From assembly GCA_963845145.1 (NCBI GenBank), contig CAWJQU010000008.1, positions 1 to 64,000 on the forward strand: a stretch of DNA of 64,000 nucleotides, read 5' to 3'. Shown in pieces: positions 40,761-53,557 of this stretch. The translations under genes and the position numbers were made by a program. The notes beneath the pieces were generated by a model that was not told the DNA's origin, did not search any database, and saw only the letters and a program-made list of their open reading frames with translations. Position 1 is the stretch's first letter. The number at the start of each line of letters is the position of its first letter. The DNA is from an uncultured delta proteobacterium (GTDB lineage: Bacteria > Desulfobacterota > Desulfobacteria > Desulfobacterales > QNYZ01).

Positions 40761-41861
40761 ACCGCCGCGGAAGCCAGGTCCCAAACAACCATCGAAACCG
40801 CAAACGGTAATGCTAAAACAGCCATAACCGTTGGAATTGCCGCGCTCATTTTGGGTTTATGCCTGGCCTTTTTTATCATGCGAAGCATCACCAAACCCAT
40901 CAATCTTATTATCAACGACCTCAACGATGGGTCGGATCAGGTGGCCTCCGCTTCAGGACAGATATCTTCCGCCAGCCAACAGTTGGCCGAGGGTTCTTCA
41001 GAGCAAGCCGCGTCCATCGAAGAGACATCCTCTTCATTGGAGGAGATGTCCTCAATGACCAAACAGAACGCCGATAATGCATCCCAGGCGGACAACCTCA
41101 TGAAAGACGCAAACCAGATCGTCGCGCAGGCCAACCAATCCATGGATGAATTGACAGGCTCTATGGCGGAAATTTCGAAAGCCAGCGAGGAGACTTCCAA
41201 AATCATCAAAACCATCGATGAGATCGCCTTTCAAACAAACTTACTGGCGTTGAATGCCGCCGTTGAAGCGGCCAGGGCCGGGGAGGCCGGGGCCGGATTT
41301 GCAGTGGTGGCTGATGAGGTGAGAAACCTGGCCATGCGCGCAGCCGAAGCGGCCAAGAGCACATCCGATTTGATAGAAGGCACGGTCAAGAAAATAAATG
41401 ATGGCTCCGCGCTGGTTACGCGTACCAATGATGCTTTTACTCAGGTGGCCGGAAGCGCTGCTAAGGTCGGCGGACTTGTAAGCGAGATTGCGGCCGCTTC
41501 CAACGAACAAGCCCAGGGGATTGAGCAGGTAAACACGGCCGTTACTGAAATGGATCAGGTAACCCAAGCCACTGCCGGCAATGCCGAAGAGACGGCCGGC
41601 GCCTCGGAGGAGCTCAGTGCTCAGGCCGAACAGATGAAATCCGTTGTTGCAAGGTTGGTCGCTTTGGTAGGTAGTCAGGGAAAAGGCACCAAGCGTAAAT
41701 CCGTTTTAGCGGCCGGAGTTTCAAATTTAAAAACATATATGCCACTAAGCAATAATACCTCACAGGGAATGGCAAAACGCCATCGCCCCCTTCCCCGCGG
41801 ACAGGAAGTGTCTCCGGAACAAGTTATTCCAATGGATGATGAGGTTTTTAAAGATTTTTAG
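40761..41861 (+). pseudogene. 5'-truncated methyl-accepting chemotaxis protein
   Basis: Frame opens after TAA 40758-40760 with [38 protein letters not shown] (end of sensor plus TM2), then an intact signalling domain; no TM1, RBS or ATG before TM2. Confidence 0.75.
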
Positions 41862-42014
41862 ATCCCGCTTTTAGTCCATAGTGGACCACCTTACCGATAG
41901 AGAAACCTTCACGGGAGCCTGCCGACAGGTGGGCGCCTCCATCAATGGCTGACGGATCGGTGCTTAAAATTATGAAGTTATTTTTTTAAGCGACCCCTTA
42001 TGGCTGGCTTCCAA

Positions 42015-42713
42015 TCAACCCATCCGATCTTCGATTTTAGTCCACTTCCCCTGCCGCGTCGGTTTTTTCAATGACGCGTTCAACTGGTCCAGAAAACGGC
42101 TCCTCGGCATCTCCATAGCCCCCATACGTAACAAATGGTCGGTAGCGACCTGGCAGTCGATCATATCAAAATCCCACTGCGCCAAAAGCCCTGCCAGGGA
42201 TACCAGTGCCACGTTGGAGGCATTGCTGACCCGGTGAAACATGGATTCACCGAAAAAACTGCCGCCCAAAGAGATACCGTATAGTCCACCGACGATTTGC
42301 CCGTTTTGCCAGGTTTCTACGGAATGGGCGAATCCGGACGCGTGTAGGTCAATATAGGCTGTCATCATCTCATCGGTAATCCAGGTGCCATCCTGAAAAT
42401 TCCTGGAAACGGAAGCGCAGGCGTGAATCACCTGCTCAAAAGCCCGATCAAGAGTCACCTGGAATCGATTTTGTCTTAAGATACGCCTTAGCCTGCGGGA
42501 TACCTTCAATTGGGTAGGGTTTAAAACCAGGCGGGGGTCGGGTGACCACCAGAGAATCGGCTCGTCCTGGGAGTACCAGGGGAAAATACCCCGGCCATAG
42601 GCCAGCAACAGTCGCTCGATACTTAAATCCCCGCCCACAGCCAAAAGCCCCTCCTCAATAGCCAGATGAGGGGGTGGGAATACCAGTTCGGAGGAAAGGC
42701 GATAAACAGGCAT
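42015..42713 (-). CDS. aat: Leucyl/phenylalanyl-tRNA--protein transferase
   Basis: GLLAVGGDLS, GIFPWY, WWSPDPR and FFGESMF; follows clpA. Confidence 0.95.
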   Translation of the reverse strand: MPVYRLSSELVFPPPHLAIEEGLLAVGGDLSIERLLLAYGRGIFPWYSQDEPILWWSPDPRLVLNPTQLKVSRRLRRILRQNRFQVTLDRAFEQVIHACASVSRNFQDGTWITDEMMTAYIDLHASGFAHSVETWQNGQIVGGLYGISLGGSFFGESMFHRVSNASNVALVSLAGLLAQWDFDMIDCQVATDHLLRMGAMEMPRSRFLDQLNASLKKPTRQGKWTKIEDRMG

Positions 42714-42747
42714 GCCCGTAGCTGTCACTTTAGCCATCAAAAACAAC

Positions 42748-44988
42748 TTACTTATACTCAAAAACCGGTTTACCATCCTTCATATCGACAAATACCACGC
42801 CGCCTTTTTGAAGCTCACCAAAAAGAATCTGGTCTGAAAGGGGTTCCTTGAGTTCCGTCTGAATGACCCGGCTGAGGGGCCGCGCACCGTAAGCTGGGTC
42901 ATGGCCTTTTTCCGCCAGCCACTGCCGTGCCGCCGGCGATAAAATAAGAGATGTTTTCTTTAAAGCCAGTTGATCATTGAGTTCGCCCATGAACTTATCC
43001 ACAATACGTTCCATGATGTCTACATTCAAAGACCTGAACGTAATAATGTCATCGAGTCGATTGCGAAATTCCGGACTGAAAAATTTTTTAACGGCAGCCT
43101 GGCTTTTATCGGCAGCCCCCTTGCGCTGGTCCCCGAATCCAATAGTGTGGGCACTCATTTCCCGTGAACCGGCATTAGAGGTCATAATAATGATGACATT
43201 TCTAAAATCCGCTTTGCGGCCATTGTTGTCCGTAAGCGTCGCGTGATCGAGAACCTGTAAAAGAATATTGAACAGATCGGGATGCGCCTTTTCGATCTCA
43301 TCCAGCAAAAGGACACTGTGTGGCTGCTTACGAATGCCGTCAGTCAACAGGCCCCCCTGGTCAAATCCGATATACCCGGGCGGGTGCGCCGATTAGCCGC
43401 GCCACAGCATGCTTTTCCATGTATTCACTCATATCGAATCGCAGGAATTGAACATCCAGCAACTGGGCGATCTGGCGCGCGACTTCCGTTTTGCCCACCC
43501 CCGTAGGGCCGGTGAATAGAAACGACCCCACCGGATGACCTGCCGTACGCAAGCCGGCCCTGGAACGCTTGATGGCTGTCACTAGGGCATTCAGAGCCAC
43601 ATCTTGGCCGAAAATCACCGATTTTAAGCGGTCTTCCAGGGTTTGGAGTTTCTCCCTGTCGCTCGTGGTCACGCTTACCGCCGGAATACGCGCCATTTTG
43701 GCCACAATTTTTTCGATATCGGCCGGATGGATTTTCCTGCCGGCGAGAGCCGCCGGAAATTCGTATATAGGCCCCCGCCTCATCGATCACATCGATGGCC
43801 TTATCCGGCAGATAACGATCATTTAAGTATTTGCTGGAAAGGGATACAGCCGACTTCAAGGCCGGCTCGGTATAGGTGATATCGTGGTGCGCCTCATACC
43901 TTGACCTCAATCCCTTCAATATCCGATATGATTCAGATTCAGTCGGTTCAGAAATTTCAATTTTCTCAAACCGCCGGGACAGGGCCCGGTCTTTTTCAAA
44001 ATGATTTTTGTATTCTTCGTAGGTGGTCGATCCGATCACCCGCAGATCACCCGAAGAAAGCGCCGGTTTTAATATATTGGAGGCATCCATTGTACCACCG
44101 CTGGTAGCCCCGGCACCGACGATGGTGTGGATCTCGTCGATAAAAAGAACGGCATCTTCCTTTTTCATTAATGCTGAGATCACGCCTTTTAAACGCTGCT
44201 CAAAATCACCGCGAAACTTGGTGCCCGCCAACAGACCGCCCAGATCAAGGGCGTAAATCTTAAAATTTTTAAAAAGTTCGGGGACATCGCCCTCATGAAT
44301 TTTTAACGCAAACCCTTCGGCCATGGCGGTTTTCCCAACGCCCGGGATCACCCACGAATACGGGATTATTTTTTCGCCGGCGACATAGCACCTGAACCGT
44401 TCGTTCCAACTCCGCGTGGCGCCCGATTAACGGATCGAGTTTTCCCTCGGCCGCCAATTGGACCAGATCCGCCGTGTATTCGGCCAGGGGATCGTTTTTT
44501 TTCTTGCGACTGCCCGAAGCTTTATCGGGCGCATCCGGTTTTGAACTCTCGCCGGGTGCGGCGGAAACCTCATGGGTAATATAATTGACCACATCGAGTC
44601 GCGAGATACCCTGGGAATTTAAAATAAACCGGGCATGGGACTCTTTTTCCAGAAAAATGGACGCAATAATGTCACCCACCGATACTTCGTCTTTTTCAGC
44701 CGAGCGGGCATGGTCCACAGCCCGCTGAATAACCCGCTGAAAGCCCATGGTCTGTTGCAAAACATATTCACGCTCTTTGGGAATATAGGTAATCTGCTCT
44801 TCGAAAAAGGATTCCAACGCCATTTTTAAGCGATTGATATCGCCGCCGCAGTTTTCGAGGATATCGGCGCCTGTATTATTAAAACAAATTGCAAAAAGGA
44901 CATGTTCGACGCTGACATATTCGTGACGCCGTTTTTTGGCCTCTCTGACCGCCATGCCGAGTGTTTCGCCCAGTTCTTTACTGATCAT
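42748..44988 (-). CDS. clpA: ATP-dependent Clp protease ATP-binding subunit ClpA, frameshifted
   Basis: Clp N domain, two AAA modules ([14 protein letters not shown]), [11 protein letters not shown] and [10 protein letters not shown]; downstream of clpS. Confidence 0.95.
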
Positions 44989-45311
44989 GATTCATCTTTC
45001 TCCATGATGCATTTGAGTGGAAAGCCATTTTCTCGCGCCAAGTGATGAACCGTATCGACTTTGGTCTCCGCAATTTCATAAGTGTATATTCCGCATAACC
45101 CCGCCCCTTCGCGATGTACTTTCAACATAATCCGTTCCGCCTCATTCTGCGATTTGCCAAACACCAGGGCCAGAATTTCCACCACAAACGCCATGGTAGT
45201 ATAATCGTCATTAAGCAAATATACCCGGTACATGGGTGGATGCTGAACTTCATCCTCCGACTCAGTGAGTACATCTCCTTCAATTTCAGGGTGATAAGGG
45301 GGTTTACTCAT
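44985..45311 (-). CDS. clpS: Clp protease adaptor ClpS
   Basis: [19 protein letters not shown] and YEIAETKV. Confidence 0.96.
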   Translation of the reverse strand: MSKPPYHPEIEGDVLTESEDEVQHPPMYRVYLLNDDYTTMAFVVEILALVFGKSQNEAERIMLKVHREGAGLCGIYTYEIAETKVDTVHHLARENGFPLKCIMEKDES

Positions 45312-45443
45312 AAAACACTTAAACAGTCAATAAAGGCTTTTCTCCAGTCGATGAATACGGTTTGCTGTACGCTTCCGGTTGTTTATCTCCCCTATTTAAT
45401 AATCACTCTCACCCCGGCCTTGTAAAGGGGGCGGCCATGGTGT

Positions 45444-47975
45444 TTACTGTCCACAGCACTTTTTATACTTTTTCCCGCTACCGCAAGGACATGGGGCGTT
45501 TCGCCCCACTTTCTCATCTTTACGCTTGATTGGCTTACGTTTGGCTTGTTCGGCGTCGCCACCTCCGGAAAATACGAGGTTTTGCTCCTTGGGTTTGTGA
45601 ATCTCTTCAATTTCATTCGGATTGGCAATGGCGATACGATACAAAATGCCGAGGGTCTCCTCGTTGATGCGATCCATCATATCGGCAAACATCTCGTATC
45701 CCTCTTTCTTGTAAACAATCAGGGGGTTTTGTTGCGCATACCCCCGAAGGCCGATTCCCTCCTTAAGATGATCCATGGAGAGCAGATGGTCTTTCCACAT
45801 GTTATCAATATTCTGCAGCAATACGTAATGTTCCAGACTTCTGAAATCCGCCTCACCGATCTCTTTTTCTTTCTCCCTGTAGGCGGCCAGGGCCGCTTCC
45901 TGGATCATTTCCGTCAGGCCGTCCGCGTCCAGGCTTTCCAAGGTCTCGTCATCAGGACGCTTGAAATGAAGATTAAATTGTTTGTAAACCGCCGTGTCGA
46001 GTGCCTCAAAATCCCATTCTTCAGGCGGCACTTTATCCTCGACAATCTGGCTGGACAGTATCTCGCCCCTTTCAAAAATCATCTCCTCTATGTCCGTTTT
46101 CAGGCTTTTTCCCATCAGGATCTCGCGCCGCCGGCGATAGATGACCTCGCGCTGCTGGTTCATCACATCGTCATATTCAAGGAGTTGTTTTCGAATTTCG
46201 AAATTCTGGCCTTCCACCTTGCTCTGGGCATTTTCAATGGCCCGGCTGAGAAGGTTATGTTCGATGGGCTCGCCTTCGCCCATACCCAGTTTTTCCATCA
46301 TGCCGGTCATGCGTTCGCCACCGAAAATTCGCAGCAAGTCATCATCCAGGGCCAGATAAAATCGCGAAGAACCCGGATCTCCCTGACGTCCGGCACGACC
46401 TCTAAGCTGGTTATCGATACGCCGGCTTTCATGCCGTTCGGTACCGAGAATCCGTAAGCCCCCCTTCTCAACCACACCCTCGCCAAGTACAATATCCGTA
46501 CCCCGACCAGCCATGTTGGTAGATATGGTGACGGCCCCCGGCTGACCCGCCTGGGAGATGATTTCCGCCTCTTTTCCATGGTTTTTGGCGTTTAGCACAT
46601 TATGCGGTACACCTCTTTTCTTTAATTTACGGCTGATATCCTCGGACACATCAATGGAGATGGTTCCCACCAGCACCGGCTGCCCCATTTTATTGAGCTC
46701 GATGATTTCATCCATGGCGGCTTCGTATTTCTCGCGCTTGGTTTTATAAATGCATCGGGATCATCGGCCCGAATCATCGGTTTATTGGTGGGGATAACAA
46801 CCACATCGAGATTGTAGATCTTTTTAAACTCGGCCGCTTCGGTATCGGCTGTACCGGTCATGCCGGCCAGTTTGTCATACATTCGAAAATAGTTCTGAAA
46901 GGTGATGGTTGCCAGGGTTTGGTTTTCGTTTTCGATTTTGCACGCCTTCCTTGGCTTCCAGGGCCTGATGCAACCCATCACTGTATCGGCGTCCCGGCAT
47001 CAGCCGGCCCGTAAATTCATCGACAATGATCACCTCGCCGTTCTTGACGATATAGTCTACATCGCGTTTGAATAAAGCGTGCGCTTTTAAGCCCTGGTTG
47101 ATATGATGGAGAAGATCGATATATTTGGGGTCATATAAATTATCGACTTTGATCAATTTCTCCGCCCGGGCAACCCCTTCCTCGTAAGCGTCACATTGCG
47201 CGCCTTTTCATCGATGGCATAATCTTCATCACGTTTCAGCCGGGGAATGATGCCGTCCACCTGGTAATATAGATGTGTCGCTTTTTCAGCCGGTCCGGAA
47301 ATAATCAGAGGAGTCCGGGACTCATCGATCAGAATACTGTCCACTTCGTCCACAATGGCAAAATTGAGCTCACGCTGGACCAGCGTCTCCCGATCAAATT
47401 TCATATTGTCCCGCAGATAATCAAAACCGAATTCGTTATTGGTTCCGTAGGTGATATCGGCCGCATAGGCTGTTTTACGCTCATCTTCGTTCATACCGTG
47501 AATAATGGTGCCGACACTAAGTCCCAGAAAACGGTAGATCTGCCCCATCCATTCCATATCCCGGGTTGCCAGATAATCATTAACGGTGATGATATGAACC
47601 CCTTTTCCGGACAGGGCATTCAGATAAGCGGCCAGCGTGGCCACCAGTGTTTTACCTTCACCGGTTTTCATTTCGGCAATTCTCCCCTCATGCAGCACAA
47701 TACCGCCGATGAGCTGAACATCAAAATGCCGCATTTCCAAGCGTTCGCCAAGACGCTTCTCTGACCGTGGCAAATGCTTCCGGCAAAAGGGCTTCCAAAG
47801 ATTCACCTTTGGCAAACCGTTCTTTTAAAACAGAGGTCTGGCCTCTTAAAGCAGTATCATCCAAGGCACGAATGGTATCTTCAAGCGCGTTGATCTGATC
47901 AACCGCAGCGCTCATTTTTTTTAATTCCCGTTCATTTTTACTGCCGAATACCTTGGTTAGAAAATTTCCGATCAT
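45444..47975 (-). CDS. secA: Preprotein translocase SecA, frameshifted
   Basis: [48 protein letters not shown] and [17 protein letters not shown]. Confidence 0.97.
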
Positions 47976-48297
47976 GTATGGCCCGCTCCTTTAATAAAGG
48001 TTTAACTTATAGATCAACGGATTGTCCGAAAACCCATCTACCGGCGATCTTATATATCATGGGTAAAAAACCGGCGAGAATCAACCGAAAATTATATAAC
48101 AGCACTGATTGGCGAGTGTGAATAAAGGATACGCTCGGCATGGATTTTCGAAGGGTAAGCCCTGCGGGTGTTGAAAAACGAACGCCACGTTTAAGGCTAC
48201 AAACTCAAAACGCAAAAGAAAACCCCCATAAATTCAACACGATGTGGTCATTTAAGGGGGATCTTCAGCACCGGCGGCACGCGTTATTAGCCGCCGA

Positions 48298-49281
48298 TCA
48301 ACTGTTAGTTAAGAAAAAACTTTTTAGGATTGACCGGCACACCTTTTTTAAGACTTCATAATGGACATGGGAGCCGGTGCTGCGGCCGGTGCTTCCGACC
48401 AGTGCGATGGCCTCACCTCTTTTCACCCGGTCTCCCTTTTTTTTCAAGAGTTTCGAAATATGGGCGTATCGCGTCGTATAGCCGTAGCCATGATCGATCA
48501 ACGATCATTTTACCAAAAGACCCCTCCGTCCGGCAAATTTAATAACACCATCAGCAGTGGCTACAATAGGGTCCCTCTGGGCGCCCCGATGTCATAACCC
48601 TTTATGGAATTCCCGTTTATTGGTAAATTCAGAATGACGGTATCCAAATTTCGATGTTGTCCTGCCCCCTTAACCGGACGGATCGAAGGTGTGCAGGCCA
48701 CCCGTTTTTGTTTTTCCAGCAGTCCGGTTAAGAAGGTCTCTGATCTCCTCGCCCTGCCGGATCGATGTCAGTTTCAACTGGTCCGCCTGCTGATGCATCT
48801 CATCTATCAGTTGACCGTGCTTTTTCTTCAGATCAATGTCCGTATGGATATCTTCCGGCAAGGGCCCCCCACACCAAGGTTCTTATCCTCACCCTGGTTT
48901 TTCCAATTTCGTCCGTATTTCTTGATAGCCGGGTCGCGCTTGATGTCGGCAATTTTCTCACCCGTTTTTCATATCCTTTTCAGCGCACTCAGATTTTCGT
49001 TTCAACCATATTATTTTTTCAGCGAAACGCTTGGATTTCCTCCCGCTGATCGATTATTTCTTCCTGTTGGGAAGTGATGACAATGCCTCCATCACCTTCA
49101 TTTCGGCCATGGTCTTATTAAGTGTCGGTAATCGTAAGACATATAAACTGCGGAGACCAGACCCACAATAAGAAAGCCGATAACGGTCAACGATATATTT
49201 TAATCATTTTTTTGGAGGTGACATACTGACGGGAGGCCGATCCCTGGTGGTTAAAATAAGAAAGGATATTTTATCATGCAT
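48298..49281 (-). CDS. M23-family metallopeptidase, heavily frameshifted
   Basis: IDHGYGYTTRYAH and GSTGRSTGSHVHYEV; N-terminal TM/coiled-coil pieces; ATG 49281. Confidence 0.8.
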
Positions 49282-49460
49282 TGTTATCCTTTTTTCCTCC
49301 GCAATTCGGTTACATGAAATCGACTGATTCAAATTAGTGATCTGTCCGATTATTGATCTAACCAGGAAGTGATCTACGCATGATAGTTAGCGGCCGCTCG
49401 GACAAATTCTTGCTTTCCAAGGCGGCCGGGTCGAATCATGCTGGAATCACCGATTAGCCT

Positions 49461-50368
49461 TTAGGCAATTCCCTGACTGAATTTAAGCGATTTTAGGGTA
49501 TTTTTCATCAACATGGTGATGGTCATGGGGCCGACACCACCGGGTACGGGTGTAATCGAGCCGGCGATCTCCTTGGCGGCATCAAAATCGACATCCCCGC
49601 TGAGAATTGCGATTTTTTTGCCGGTTTTCTCGCTGATCTTTTCGCCTATCCGGTTAACGCCCACATCAATGACACAGGCACCCGGTTTGATCCATTCCGG
49701 TTTGACCAAGCCCGGATACGCCGGCGGCCACGATAAGAATGTCGGCCCGCTTGCAATGGGCGGCCAGATCCTGGGTGCGCGTATGAACCACCGTCACGGT
49801 TGAATTGGCCCCGGCCCTTTCTGAACCATCATATTGGCAATGGGTTTACCAACAATATTAGATCGCCCCACCACCACGACTTCCGCACCGCTGGTCTCAA
49901 CCCCGGCCCGAATGATCATCTCCTGAATACCCGCCGGTGTACAGGGCGGATATTTAACCTCGTCGCCCCCAATCATCAACGGCCGACATTGACCGGATGA
50001 AATCCGTCCACATCTTTATCCGGGTCAATGGCATTTAAAACCTTCTTATCGTCAATATGTTTCGGCAAGGGAGCTGGACGAGAATCCCGTGAATAGCTGT
50101 CATCGTTATTGTATTTATCGATCAGGGCAAGCAGGTCCTCTTCGGAGATCGTTTCCGGCTGATTTTCCTGGATCTCCTTGAATCCGAGCCGGTTCGCCGT
50201 TTTAATTTTCAAGGTAACATAGGAGATCGAAGCCGGACTCTCTCCCACCAGAATCGTCACCAGGCCAGGCACGACACCGTGTTTTTCCTTGATTTCTTTT
50301 ACTTCAGCGGCAATTTCTTCTAAAATTTCCTCCCGGATCTCGGTCCCCTTGATCAATTTTGCGGTCAT
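49461..50368 (-). CDS. folD: Bifunctional methylene-THF dehydrogenase/cyclohydrolase, frameshifted
   Basis: [28 protein letters not shown] and [12 protein letters not shown]. Confidence 0.95.
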
Positions 50369-50514
50369 CTCCTCGCTCCTTTCCAAAACTGTTAACGGTT
50401 ATATTAATATCAAAAATTATTCCATCTCAGATGTTTCATACCGCCACTTACCTATGCGATGATCCGGCCGATGTCAAGCCCCCTAACCGAATTAATTTAT
50501 ACAACAAATCGATA

Positions 50515-51569
50515 TTAACTTAAACATTTCATAAGAGGCCGGGGTACCCCATCCAGGCCGGCCGTTTCTTCAAGCCCACACATCAGATTCATGTTCTGGA
50601 CAGCCTGGCCGGCAGCGCCTTTGCCCAAATTATCAATGGCGGAAATCAAAATCAGCCGGTTGCAGCGCCGATCGATTTTAAACCCGATCTCGCAGAAATT
50701 GGTACCCTTGCACATGAAGGGTATCCGGCAATTGGTCATCGTCAACCAATCTGATAAAAGGCTCGTTTTCATATGCGCTCATAAGCATTTTTAATGCCGG
50801 CTTGTGAAATACCGGCATTTAAACCGGCATAGATCGTCGTTAGCATCCCGCGGGTCATGGGAACCAGGTGGGGTGTAAAGGTGACCTGAAGCGATTGACC
50901 GGCAACATCACTCAGGATCGCCTCAATTTCCGGGTTATGCCGATGCGAGGCAACTTTGTATGCTTTAAAGGATTCATTCACCTGGCAATAGTGGGAACCC
51001 AGAGAGAGGCTTCGCCCGGCACCACTCACGCCCGACTTTGCGTCGATGATAATTCTATCGGCATCAACCAGGTGATTCTTTAATAGCGGAACCAGCGGCA
51101 AAAGCGCACTGGTGGGATAGCAGCCCGGATTGCCCACCAACGCTAGCTGACGGGATATTGTCACGATACAGTTCACAAAGACCATAAACTGCCTGATCAA
51201 GCAAATGTGCCGGCTTCATGCGGCTGATAATGCGCTTCATAGACGGCCTGGTCTTTAAACCGAAAGTCGGCGGATAGATCGACAACCTTTTTACCATTAG
51301 CGATCAATTCCGGTACAATGGACATGGGGATTTTATGCGGTAATGCCGTAAAAATCACGTCCGCCTTCTCGCACAATGCTTCCATGGAGAGCGGTTTCAC
51401 ACACCAGATCGATGCAACCCGCAAGTGATGGATACACCCGGTCAAATGGCGTTCCTGCATATTGCCGTGAAGTAATCATGGTCAATGTCACACCGGGATG
51501 ACCGGCCAGCAGCCTGACCAGCTCCGCACCCGCATAACCCGTTGCCCCCAAAACTGCTGCTCGAATCAT
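50515..51569 (-). CDS. argC: N-acetyl-gamma-glutamyl-phosphate reductase, frameshifted
   Basis: [31 protein letters not shown] and [17 protein letters not shown]. Confidence 0.95.
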
Positions 51570-51785
51570 TTTGTCACCTAATTTTATGACTTTTACCATG
51601 AAAAAGTATGGCTCTGTTTAGCAAACCCAGCTCCGATTATCAAGTATGCGCCTCATGCTCCGAAGCCGATTCTCAACATAAAGTAAATCACCTCAATGTT
51701 TGGGAAAGTTATCCTTTTTATTCGATCTTTTCGGGAATTCTGGGTTTCAAAAAATGACATAGAAAAGACACAAGGAAACGGTTCC

Positions 51786-52571
51786 ATGAAAATATTAATC
51801 GGCGGCAAAGGAGGCAGCGGCAAAAGTACCCTTTCGATTCTTCTGGCCAAAGCCTTGAAATCCGCCGGACATCCGGTTTTATTGGTCGATGCGGACGAAT
51901 CGAATCTCAGCCTTCATCGTCTTTTGGGCGCACCCGCCCCGGAAAACCTGATGAAGGAAATGGGGGGCCGCAAAGGCGTCCGTGAAAAATTGCCGAGATC
52001 TAAAGCGTCGTCGTCTGATGATCGCCTATTCGCCAAAGACGGTGACCCTGGAAGATCTCCCGGATGGCTGCCTGACCGAGGTTGATGGAATAAAACTGCT
52101 GGTAATGGGCAAAATCGAACAATTTGGTGAAGGCTGCGCCTGCCTGATCGGATCCTTATCCCGAACACTGTTGTCGAAACTTCAGGGGACAGATCATATG
52201 ATGTGATCATCGACGCCGAAGCCGGAGTGGAACACTTTGGGCGACGTGTGGATGCCGCCTGTGATCTGATTATCGGCGTGGTGGACCCGACGCATGAATC
52301 CTTTCCAAATGGCCAGCCCGCATGTCCCAGATGGCCGCCGCGGCCGGTGACCGATATCCGCTACATCCTGAATAAAGTGGATCACCGGGTGGCACAGATA
52401 ATGGCCGAAAACGTGGATACCACAAAGGTCATCGCCCGTATTCCCAACATGGATTCCATCTTCACGGCCAGCCTTGAAGGCCGCTCCTTGGGGATTGATT
52501 CGCCCGAGATTGCCGAAGTGGTGACTTTTCTTGACTCTTATCAAAAGGAAACCCATCTCAATGTTATTTAG
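51786..52571 (+). CDS. cooC: CooC/AcsF-family nickel-insertion ATPase, frameshifted
   Basis: GKGGSGKS deviant Walker A, VDADES, GEGCAC (CxC) and DAEAGVEHFGR. Confidence 0.88.
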
Positions 52572-52714
52572 TGTCCATCCAGAAATGGCATCTTTTAGCC
52601 CCAGCCGGCGTTCTCAGGATTTCGCCATCCTCGACGTAGCGCTGCTACGACTGCGGTTACAAAATCCCTGCGGCCTTGGCTGAAACCAAAATCTACCAAT
52701 TCTGGACGGACAGT
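52570..52714. repeat. ~145-bp imperfect palindrome (MITE/REP-like element)
   Basis: Ends AGTGTCCATCCAGAAATGG / CCAATTCTGGACGGACAGT, nested arms CAGCC/GGCTG and GGATTT/AAATCC, central GTAGC-GCT-GCTAC. Confidence 0.7.
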
Positions 52715-52751
52715 CGTTAGCTTATACCCCTTATAAAACCAGGAACCGGGA

Positions 52752-53279
52752 ATGGATAATAAAAAAACAACCGATGTTTCCCAGGGTACAATCGCTGAAT
52801 GGTTCGAAAAAGGCGTTCGGTCTTTTAAAAAGCCTGATGGCGTTGCGGCGGTCAAGGCATTTAGGAAGGTCATCGCATTGGACCCGGCCTACCGGCATAG
52901 CGATGGTGATAACGCTTTTTTCTATCTGGGCAAGATCATGGAAGTGGAAGGCGATCTTAACGAAGCCGTGACCATGTACACCCGCGCCCTTTCCATCGAT
53001 TGCTGGGACGAAGAGAGTCTCATCGGCCGGGGAAGCTGCTATTCGGTCCTAAACCAGCCGAACAACGCCATCGCCGATTTTAAAAAAATACTCTCCATCA
53101 GCTCCCACCACCGCCGCGTAACCCTCGACCAGGTCTACTATGTCATCGGCGAAAATTACCGCAAGCAAGGCCAATGGCCCCAAGCCTGGAAATGGGGCAA
53201 AAAGGCCCAGGCCGAAGAGCCTCAAAGCGATCGCATCAATCAGTTGGTGGATGAGGCTACGGCGTGGTTGGAGAAATGA
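52752..53279 (+). CDS. Tetratricopeptide repeat protein
   Basis: Repeated TPR patterns (AFFYLGKI...A...Y.RAL; RG..Y..L...NAIADF). Confidence 0.85.
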   Translation: MDNKKTTDVSQGTIAEWFEKGVRSFKKPDGVAAVKAFRKVIALDPAYRHSDGDNAFFYLGKIMEVEGDLNEAVTMYTRALSIDCWDEESLIGRGSCYSVLNQPNNAIADFKKILSISSHHRRVTLDQVYYVIGENYRKQGQWPQAWKWGKKAQAEEPQSDRINQLVDEATAWLEK

Positions 53280-53557
53280 CAGGCGATCCGTTGTGGTGCC
53301 AAATGGTGTTAGCGTTTGCGAATGAGTTCGATCTCGTGCTAAAAGACAAATAACATTCTCCGTTTCATTTCACTTAAGTGAAGAGGTACCGCCAAACAAC
53401 CAATTTTGCAGCTTGTCCTAAATGCGACGCAATAAACATGATCCCATTCGACAGCCCAATGACTCAAAAATATTTATCTTAGCGCGCTGATCTTTAATAA
53501 CATTTCAATTGATTTGACCTGAACTCGACCAGGTAACATTCTGACAGGAGACGTATC

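Noticed and set aside
38580..41600. DNA similarity between the two MCP genes as a repeat element
   Set aside because: Explained by the conserved MCP signalling domain
45546..46457. 303-aa ORF on the plus strand
   Set aside because: Antisense shadow of secA with no recognisable motifs
52190..52215. TGA breaks in cooC (and at 1586 in glgP) as possible selenocysteine recoding
   Set aside because: The protein continues in a different frame (YDVIIDAEAG; RALIN), so these are indels rather than in-frame UGA
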